Source: a virus
Taxonomy: Duplodnaviria > Caudoviricetes
IMG/VR virus record: IMGVR_UViG_3300027785_000054
Span: 1-38,979 of that record
DNA length: 38,979 nt
Direction: 5' to 3' (one strand)
Shown: positions 35,401 through 38,979 of the stretch, one piece after another
Position numbering within the stretch: the first letter of the stretch is position 1
Layout: each line of letters begins with the position of its first letter
The notes under the pieces: generated by a model
Database searches by the model: none
Seen by the model: only the letters and a program-made list of their open reading frames with translations
What the model was told of the DNA's origin: nothing
Translations under genes and position numbers: made by a program

Positions 35401-36468
35401 ATTGCCTCTGTCTCTAGAGAAAACCTAGAGCATACCCTTGCCGTCTTGTCTATTAAAGACCACTTGACGCTTAAGATGAGTGGAGGCTCTGCCAATCCTA
35501 GGATTGCCACTGCTGACAAAAGATATTTAGTTACTGGTAAGGCTGGCAAGTATGAGGTTGTAATGCAACCGCATCAAAGTCCTTACCATGGTCAGATTGT
35601 TGACCAGAGAAGAATTGCTGTCGTTCCTACGCTTGAGCATGCACAGTTGTGCATCAGAGAGTTTGATACACTTCAGCGTAGGCTTGCTGAAATGCAAGGT
35701 ATTGATACATCTGCCGCTCTTCAGGCTACGGCTCCTGTTATGGCTCCTGCTCAGATTCAGCAGGTTGCACAACAAATTGCTCAGGCTGAGGCTCAGATGC
35801 CTACACCTCCTGTTACATCTCCCCGCACTCCTGCTGAGGTTCACCCGAACTTCAACGCTTGTATCGTTGGCCTAAGCAAACTTAGAATTCCTAGACCGCT
35901 TGCAAAGGAACTTGTTACTGCGGCTGTCACTGCTCTTGGCAAGGACGCTAAGATTGAAGATATCATCTCTCACTGTCTGCATGCCAATCAGGTGATGGCG
36001 GCTCAGATTGCTACAGCAAACCAGATACATGTGGCTACAGTTAATAGCACCTCTGGGGCTCCTAACCCTGCTGGTGTCGCTCAGGTTGTAATCATGCCTA
36101 GTAACTCTGGTCTTAACACAGCCGCAGGTAGCGTTGTTCCTAGACCTCCTTCTATGGGCCTTGGCTATCCTAACTTCATTCCTTCTGCCCCTGTACAGAC
36201 TGCAACAAAGGCCATGTGGACTCCGTCTGCTGACCAGTTGATGGTCTACAATGTCCTAATCAGATTTGACCAGTACATGTCGAAGATTAAACTTCCCAAT
36301 GGTGCTGAAGGTACTGGGGTTACGCTGGTGAATGCGTATGGCTATACTATCCAACAGACTGGTCCTTCCCGATTCAGAGTGTTTGGTCCTAACAAGGCAC
36401 TTGTGTCTGTCACGGACAACGAACAACAGGCTTGCGATGAAATCTTCAGGGCTCACTTCAAACGATGA
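23401..36468 (+). CDS. Giant polyvalent internal virion protein (4,355 aa)
   Basis: Uninterrupted 13-kb ORF. Gly/Ala-rich hydrophobic N-terminal segments; ART-like HGT...NPLVYDF...GHDSVI; HDFFGH...GEE zincin-like motif; three GNAT-like motifs. Confidence 0.85.
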   Translation: MPPSNNTDPLFQSSKVFLNKQAHPVAPAQMPQGVEPTPRQGGGSYADVANGGGSNNTWSQYANVADVKGPASMKAQSITSLTDAQLMEGINAPLSGEEVAMKMAELQAQGIAISPENISKEEFAAYDPWREKQHFNFWGAVGEGALMAGADLGKGVVSGVTDWKKMGLAVGLSAIATPAVGFGVAFGSTAVEGFARGTRDLGGLAVMAANHPGSPIYRMFVNPTNDMDKKYEDFLDLAKWNHRSEEILAGKANVFMPERETYEKLFGKTFGNQVEDFIGVNKELATAASYFLDPTLYLSMGGTAAARGIAGKAGAAAIKSGQAGNTLGHAVTARAARNAFKASWMNSLGENLVKFSDATTKPIDAMFESITDNASKVLGTKVHITPNGQGRAARVAAGHGGTKGPTSLVHSAMGAVGMYSIFNIPYALPITSVYAGLKGVGLVGEAIIDVGMKGIQNSDTAIAKAMKMSSPLAIYMKDLGETTIKGGFYGGVIGGVAGGEEGAAGGIGTGMALGALGHNIGYAYGTLSGNFAKEALYKEFDAHVGQLREKGHLLKHDRVQEFVTRIAKDHGSEEATRAIAHIMTLEKSKNVSVSYMGYKDFAAALANDSKMWRTITDAQGKETKVLTELGETMKGALDRYGSFEADVEKIRPSPDFVGPMPSEKIAMPSQSWNGIFMGNGPDGKPNQKPVAIWQDGESRRWHIIINTDNVAAARDRFGNIIFDKYKEEGPRPTQKFRNPETVRVEGPRVDVTETLPAGIDQYGIPLKSKKERTVVKISKKDFVGPMPEVNETRWSEVEMQGPMPDVEKQRPRLVQASTAPLGELWHAMNAAYRRVNHGADVVNSVKDWLIGSGGKAGTAFKDRAGTVKFMHEVYRKLNGGQRDAAYDGNWRKAIEEFERTGKIETPEVADAFHDFIEELGEAMFLGYESGKPFDWVLKGGDLGFARNMVESVKDVWHNRVLREATNLGADVRTSKAFLDWFKKTRDDKNFKFDPIIENAFKDLVKSYTAHEMKDAGLGRTDLHKFTAGQLKTHAETYGYEDRLKYDKDGVPSLKSNEQYNAEQHNKSKALGAELGPAFLKNPALFNGVDLQVVTDGKSDIGTIESNFSSLDAASRDPNGSTSDTLGSRDGAMLYQSTDFGDVGPSLDDLHAAQKSGADASGVYPPRTSSSYGARGRPRTALTGKMAIDLAEAMKTGKKIIMRGIPSEALFNIIEKYIPKTVADNVRMLAPLIVDGGISKANVVSGSYHGFDQVDKNGVKQSRKSGDSFNARQVNFVPYDLELSWTLDNIKNPTVNYENPHFAYNAKVMDVDALNRRNHILWNENAELRSLYGDVHQFEEDVFRTIDEYSAYKEIPATEFFGDNADARLKRKYVTAALGASPNIAHKSAFSVAEAEWHSYQHFDRKATQNNPWHRLRLDGLTGAKSVDGERMRMRVNETMYYRSMKPTPTTDTGPMWKDSTGKPAMYQEGDIVNGVKMTPQPLGRRYDMNSEKWKSGFIGRLAEANQTWVGKDTPAGQIETLKDKVVQFKVGPKFASLSIIEKLKNGKLGDEIVYVISEVKKRRNGEAVADVAVTTASWKRNRGWGNVGYSEFLERVRALDFKAFEGEIINHEGFPMRMRDTVAGAGNSYIMGPDWETRIDVATQAEVVRRLDNEIELSEDHEGVRVSSPINPSAFYQTEGIGDGAIPVNLENLRDFSASTNGENFNVDSLAKRLDDPSRLAKELGKLKMFKKAKPIMYQMADTFGAKSEMEAAFLKSNFKYAEEKGDVFQSEALKRFLAQFDNGTEKATLIRHSLEEWLKVGGEMDTYNSVFQTGRPVVLIGTHGTKSIELIKTGEFRGEMLGGNTGAASAERGHFHSGKQTTSHTYGKVEGKIHEVIDTLNNAFRNLKDTITDPRFSDHESMVKHLKDSFEEAMLLAKDSMSREDRDLHRYWFGETERLLRQVEPELRANEKRIEAVNNIWKGLADEIDAKYPKSIMMDSVNTTGVRYQYPVNSPTSDVSSMMRRLHGQGLSATTEVISRLPTKEMRGEIQSLVEKKFGEKASQQSLKAYEDGLSKTLKPLQEDAQAAYHKAVAGVRKSASNEFEIQQLRSAVGFRNPLVYDFKGSEYREIKYDTLLLKAMKDGHDSVIMLNTFDGGAEVDNIYVTLKGNEGTHIAVLDTNLTGKAKRRGINGEEGGRWLQQTTDDMLPAGSFGPNNPDTVRLRRSIDKKTGKTGDGKFVIKINPAKSFKIGMEYERMKHDPYNPKVRAAYKAFADETLAQMQEIVEAGYIPEMHYKETEPYGSSAEAISDIRDNKKLKVLATDLNFGTRKVTPKDVTENPLLGMSKFKDSNGVPMRINDVFRFVHDFFGHSERGNGFGPLGEENAWDVHARMYSPEAKRAMTAGTRGQNSWVNFVNEPNIEINRKRSMVRNLMKEGRIPEAMEIQKTIGQIRFADQKIGLMPEWTSKLDEQLTPIEKQSYGTHVTSEKTFGLYQGGDDMSHSVWVPEADEFSAAGIQAQASSKFGTSVEIKSGPAYAGYKLFMAGDKRAMGSVSPTGELGSVIKGVNGTAHDVEAVVKAALSTGKVRWLNAFDTVLPSMYDKFGFEAVARIRFVDEYRPDGWDYSKYAKFNAGRPDVVFMAYVGEGKAKAYEKNKERIPLVDSYDDAVALVQAKASEARNKGYMMQETDLSGPDPFKFNKLRGDTVKELAFRDTMFEYAEFVRKTDERIKMGQEPRPRNAVLATYFNKNKDKTFGHSVMTWDKISVWDRSGTGPAKRLIKIEEFTQEHLADIKEQIVRSDPNFKKEFTRWGQENKNTAELKAIDLARQIADEQAAFEREGDALLAKGIYGNETARDRMKRLFKERFNAKAIKYLLSVGGEEVTKIFKTIDKNYDKNTAKLEAARKEKDLRTRKMERIKDQVEVEFLKENEAAENEGLTHEDDAYPHKEFDDEVHLEVLRRLEESEAKETNVEEAFDLKEEDFTDEIEALTKEDAEKLAARRAAGHRRNSAEVYGFADEQGNVKAEDVVKYEPMTPEQLETMMKEENEESFDKEGMRIWDKEEFDAELQKRIRINNSLAEIKKQVEAGTYNPDGSKNQNFGTNLKSGSLQYMAGYKYANSQWFNDKGESILRELTLDGKTMMIEGVIPSVHDSKNSGNNEIVMKYAGMPDKKVKISDVPPEVLAEIRKNAVSVYPEEYTELIKKQEAQLQRLREGAMLNTPVEHLDTLFGLLALYGMEFNRHLLDKNFKAGVNEQSLEGLSGKEVYEEALRQSGRLIVGFDRSAKFTEALQNHPDLFMSTIEILSAIKEGAEYIEKNAKGTIEFEHRVSLAREKGVTIDANMEVKEVLGDNPIIKGWLGEYLRKYPENKELLTTDSSKPLSKEAIEKKVESRFKDYKKAFKEKNKGKLPTEEQRKKFKEETEIKIIREHAIKSGSGEITFVGNFFDQGTGKHHVYGQADSVEYRYYKKLKARNDEIKDRNRYVEKDPVTGKHLVEIERGYKPSQIATGEAWKDFQKEAPFFGPILEREAPRDDSELKRQAKAVAGEIRYDFIENMFDEMNRMILDEADAMQEERGMILKDWKEIAKEKQVERREGQSDKAKARTTAIEAAVNEDAPNISGYDDVDITEPTPELKPKSGVAALLGAIDNATTEAEMHEALGITKPKEKKVEKKKYAPVAEAPVTPKVMPMTSERVTQSISQLVDIGETHPERPNERIITVIENGERKAGAFQVSMQGEGDTATLYIDAIYGFEGKGGGRMAMERILSHADKNEIQVTLEVSPFYAEGGRKLDHARLMKWYESFGFVPWTEASTPTNSYMVRYPKEFKGDMAPAKPSLPYSKEALKRNMAFNHTKMPVSGDMYHEPIGPKPELSQPRAIETSGRESSVADLLDKYQVPVPAKAPAPQAPTTLKLEYNPPPAYDKPIGPERPIQLGYTPEGGNDYDKPIGPRRPAGRPRREKPPVGTPTKAKPVTPTKAEVRQVEATKEKVKNITEAAIKTGTVKPVDAVGASQVVVQQAGPIASVSRENLEHTLAVLSIKDHLTLKMSGGSANPRIATADKRYLVTGKAGKYEVVMQPHQSPYHGQIVDQRRIAVVPTLEHAQLCIREFDTLQRRLAEMQGIDTSAALQATAPVMAPAQIQQVAQQIAQAEAQMPTPPVTSPRTPAEVHPNFNACIVGLSKLRIPRPLAKELVTAAVTALGKDAKIEDIISHCLHANQVMAAQIATANQIHVATVNSTSGAPNPAGVAQVVIMPSNSGLNTAAGSVVPRPPSMGLGYPNFIPSAPVQTATKAMWTPSADQLMVYNVLIRFDQYMSKIKLPNGAEGTGVTLVNAYGYTIQQTGPSRFRVFGPNKALVSVTDNEQQACDEIFRAHFKR

Positions 36469-36776
36469 GCCCCATAGACCCAGACCTTGGCAAAGCCGCC
36501 GCTGACTTTAAGTCTGGCGGTTGGATGGTCGCTTTGCTTGGAGCCCTAGGGATGATAGCCAGAATGATATTGACTGACGAGCGTCAGCCTATTGTCGTTT
36601 GGGTTAAGAAAATAGTTGCTGGCGGGATTGTAGGTATATTGATGTACTTTGCGTTGCATGGTAGCAACATAGACCCATTATATAAGTCTATACTATTCTC
36701 TGTAAGTGGTGCTATTGCTCCAGATATATTTGAGAAGACATTTTATAGCCTTCTTAACAAACTATGGAAAAAGTAA
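36465..36776 (+). CDS. Putative holin
   Basis: 103 aa, three hydrophobic segments, basic C-terminus, ATGA overlap with the giant gene. Confidence 0.7.
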   Translation: MSPIDPDLGKAAADFKSGGWMVALLGALGMIARMILTDERQPIVVWVKKIVAGGIVGILMYFALHGSNIDPLYKSILFSVSGAIAPDIFEKTFYSLLNKLWKK

Positions 36777-37549
36777 TTCTGCTGGCACTTCTTCTTGTTG
36801 GCTGTGCTTCCGCACCAGCCCCTACCCCCGAATATAAACCGCTTCCCCCTGTTGCCCCTGTCAATGAAAAAAAGGAAGCGTACATTGAGCATGTCGAAAC
36901 GGAAGCGTCCGAAGCGTCAGCGGCACTCACTGTCATTAATGGAAAAAATAGTGAACCTTCTGACAGGATTATTTCAATTAGTATCGAGCGTCTCAACGCT
37001 ATTAAAAGGCCCACCCAAGAGCAAATAAACAAATGGGCGGTGACCGCTAAGGATGTCAAGAAGTTAGACAAGGAAGCAGAGAAGACCAAGGCTCTTGAAG
37101 CCGAACTTAGTACGGCATGGACTGCCGCCGTTGTTGCTGACGCTCAGATTGAGGCTTTGTCTAAGGCTGAAGCGTATGAGGACATTCGTGATGCTTGCCT
37201 ATGGCTTGGGTCTATCCTGACTTTTGCTGGCGTTGCACTGGCAGTGGCTGGCATGTGGATTGGCAGGGGCGTTAAGGAAGGTGCTTTTGTCCTCGCCATA
37301 GGGATTGCAATCATAGCCGCACCACTCGTCATACAAGATGTGGTTGAGTCTCTTTGGTTCAAGATTAGTATAGCAACGACATTCCTTGTTGGCCTCGGAT
37401 TTGGAGGGTATAGACTCTTCCATACTGAAAAGCAGGTCAGGCGTTACTGTCAATCAAGTGATAATGTGGGACATGATGAAGCATCTTGTCTGAACACAGA
37501 ATCAAAAACTTCTGACTCCGAACAAGCCCCTTCTGCAAAAGAAGTTTGA
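36764..37549 (+). CDS. Lipoprotein with coiled coil and three C-terminal TM helices; candidate unimolecular spanin
   Basis: Signal peptide MEKVILLALLLVG-C (lipobox), Pro-rich linker, helical region, then three hydrophobic segments; directly after the holin. Confidence 0.6.
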   Translation: MEKVILLALLLVGCASAPAPTPEYKPLPPVAPVNEKKEAYIEHVETEASEASAALTVINGKNSEPSDRIISISIERLNAIKRPTQEQINKWAVTAKDVKKLDKEAEKTKALEAELSTAWTAAVVADAQIEALSKAEAYEDIRDACLWLGSILTFAGVALAVAGMWIGRGVKEGAFVLAIGIAIIAAPLVIQDVVESLWFKISIATTFLVGLGFGGYRLFHTEKQVRRYCQSSDNVGHDEASCLNTESKTSDSEQAPSAKEV

Positions 37550-37700
37550 TGTGCTTGTTGGCGGTTGCTTGGCTTATTCCCTTTGACTCAAGATAGTCTG
37601 CGGAGGTCCACCATCCATCAGGGATATCGTCAGGAGTTTTCTGTAGAGAGGTTACCTTTAAAAAGGCTTTCTCTATTTCTTTGAGTTTTAGATTCTTCAT
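37437..37700 (-). CDS. Winged helix-turn-helix protein
   Basis: WTSADYLESKGISQATANKHIKLLLQKGLV fits a wHTH pattern. Confidence 0.65.
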   Translation of the reverse strand: MKNLKLKEIEKAFLKVTSLQKTPDDIPDGWWTSADYLESKGISQATANKHIKLLLQKGLVRSQKFLILCSDKMLHHVPHYHLIDSNA

Positions 37701-37923
37701 TTATTTTGTTTGTGGCTTCGGTTAGCATCGGCATGTAGTACTCAAGTACCTTAGGGTTGATGCCGATGCACAACCCAGCAGAGATGATAGATGAACTGAG
37801 TTTCTTTTCAGTTAAGATTTTGGATGTGTCCATAGTATTAAGTTGTCTAAGTCTTTCTATTTCTTCTCTAAGTTCTGGCCTAGTCCAGTAGAGAAGGTTC
37901 CTGTCAGTCAATGTCAAAGTCAA
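37630..37923 (-). CDS. Hypothetical protein
   Basis: 97-aa ORF in the minus-strand gene run, overlapping both neighbours. Confidence 0.5.
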   Translation of the reverse strand: MTLTLTDRNLLYWTRPELREEIERLRQLNTMDTSKILTEKKLSSSIISAGLCIGINPKVLEYYMPMLTEATNKINEESKTQRNRESLFKGNLSTENS

Positions 37924-38674
37924 TAGGAGTAACCCATCGTCCCCCTACCTTGTGAGCCTGAAGAATCTTCCAGTCCTTACCCTTCACCCATCCATAACAC
38001 CATCCGTTGCCCCATGTGGACGAGTTTAGATGGTTCTTGGCATAGCCAGCAGTCCTCTGCTTCCCAAGCCAGCCAGCACAGAAGCCTACCACGCCCCTGT
38101 GACGCTTGGCGTTGGCTTGCATGATGGTATGGAGGTGTCCAATGACACAGGCTCCACCGCTAGGGGCGTAATGAATAGCATGCTCCTTGACGCTGTTCTG
38201 ATTGGCTGAGTAGCCATGGCAAAAAACCACGGGGCCAAGTTTAAAGGTTCCGTCTTCTGCATGGTATGGCTTGATTGTCTTGCATCCATTCTCTTTCAGA
38301 GTCGAGACAATGTAGTCAATAATGTCCTTACAATAGTCCCTGATGATACCACTACCACTAGACTCCATAGTTTTGAAGAGCCTGTCTTCATGATTTCCAA
38401 AAAGGTAAACATCTGGTTTGGTTCGTTTGATAAATTCTACACCCATGCGAATGTCTTCTTCAAGGGAGTCGTTAACATCTTTGCCGTCAGCCCCTTTGCG
38501 GAGGGCTTTAATATCAAAGCCGTCTCCACCATGGATTTTAATGTCGGGCTGGAAGCGTCCCATGAATTCTACAAGGGCATCCGTACAGGATGTATCCTCC
38601 ATATTCCCATGATTGTCAGTAAAGAAGACAAACTTTGTCCACTTACTTTTTGGGTTCTTTTTTCTTTTTGTCAT
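37904..38674 (-). CDS. Calcineurin-like metallophosphoesterase
   Basis: Complete motif set: DNH, GDGFD, GNHE, HG, GHLH. Confidence 0.9.
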   Translation of the reverse strand: MTKRKKNPKSKWTKFVFFTDNHGNMEDTSCTDALVEFMGRFQPDIKIHGGDGFDIKALRKGADGKDVNDSLEEDIRMGVEFIKRTKPDVYLFGNHEDRLFKTMESSGSGIIRDYCKDIIDYIVSTLKENGCKTIKPYHAEDGTFKLGPVVFCHGYSANQNSVKEHAIHYAPSGGACVIGHLHTIMQANAKRHRGVVGFCAGWLGKQRTAGYAKNHLNSSTWGNGWCYGWVKGKDWKILQAHKVGGRWVTPIDFDID

Positions 38675-38804
38675 ATACTGGTATGGTTCGGTGTGAGCGA
38701 GGGCTCAGTTGGTCAATTTCTTGGAGGATGGAGGTGAGTTGTTCGGGGTCGAATGAGGCGAATTTGTTTCTTCCTATGGCTTGTCCAGCCATGAGTCTAA
38801 ACAT
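38643..38804 (-). CDS. Small hypothetical protein
   Basis: 53 aa from ATG 38804, 1 nt after the upstream stop; alternative start at 38834. Confidence 0.45.
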   Translation of the reverse strand: MFRLMAGQAIGRNKFASFDPEQLTSILQEIDQLSPRSHRTIPVYDKKKKEPKK

Positions 38805-38805
38805 T

Positions 38806-38952
38806 TCAATCCCTTTTGTCTTCTTCAACGGCATATTTATACTGAGGGGCTGTAGTTAGGATATGGAATGCCCACTGTAAAGCGTCTTCATTTACTTCAA
38901 GGAGCCAACAGGCAAGCCTGACTCTCCATCTAGATAGGTGTTTAGTATTCAT
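38806..38952 (-). CDS. Small hypothetical protein (48 aa, not in the ORF track)
   Basis: Manually translated MNTKHLSRWRVRLACWLLEVNEDALQWAFHILTTAPQYKYAVEEDKRD; abuts the next gene. Confidence 0.45.
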   Translation of the reverse strand: MNTKHLSRWRVRLACWLLEVNEDALQWAFHILTTAPQYKYAVEEDKRD

Positions 38953-38979
38953 AGCCACATCATGTCTTCAAGTGATAGG

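Noticed and set aside
23401-36468. Giant ORF as a virion RNA polymerase, tape measure protein or DarB methylase-helicase
   Set aside because: I saw no DxDGD or T7-type polymerase motifs, no NPP(Y/F) methylase or SF2 helicase motifs, and the tail module is podovirus-like.

Overview
This is a 39-kb segment of a tailed dsDNA phage with podovirus-like gene order; a lipoprotein in the lysis module suggests a diderm host. (1) 1-5.0 kb is an array of 17 small + strand ORFs punctuated by 14 direct copies of a 30-bp promoter-like repeat (TTGACA, a C-rich spacer of exactly 18 bp, then TAWAAC-like). Each copy heads the next gene, and 13 of 14 contain or sit within 5 nt of the previous gene's stop codon. 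An inverted, degenerate 15th copy, embedded in a terminator-like hairpin, closes the array. (2) 5.3-23.4 kb is the morphogenesis module: terminase large subunit, portal, scaffold, major capsid protein, adaptor and nozzle-like proteins, an HxH-repeat tail fibre, a Lys-free Cys-rich putative adhesin, and Gly-rich ejection-type proteins. (3) 23.4-36.5 kb is one 4,355-aa polyvalent virion protein. It has ART-like, zincin-like and three GNAT-like modules, most of them separated by a recurring hydrophobic-Y-Q-x-x-D motif. (4) 36.5-37.5 kb holds a holin-like gene and a lipoprotein with three C-terminal TM helices (atypical unimolecular spanin candidate); no endolysin is recognisable. (5) 37.4-39 kb holds convergent minus-strand genes, including a calcineurin-like metallophosphoesterase. 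No rRNA, tRNA, CRISPR array or integrase was seen. All family calls come from motif recognition by eye and synteny, not from database searches.
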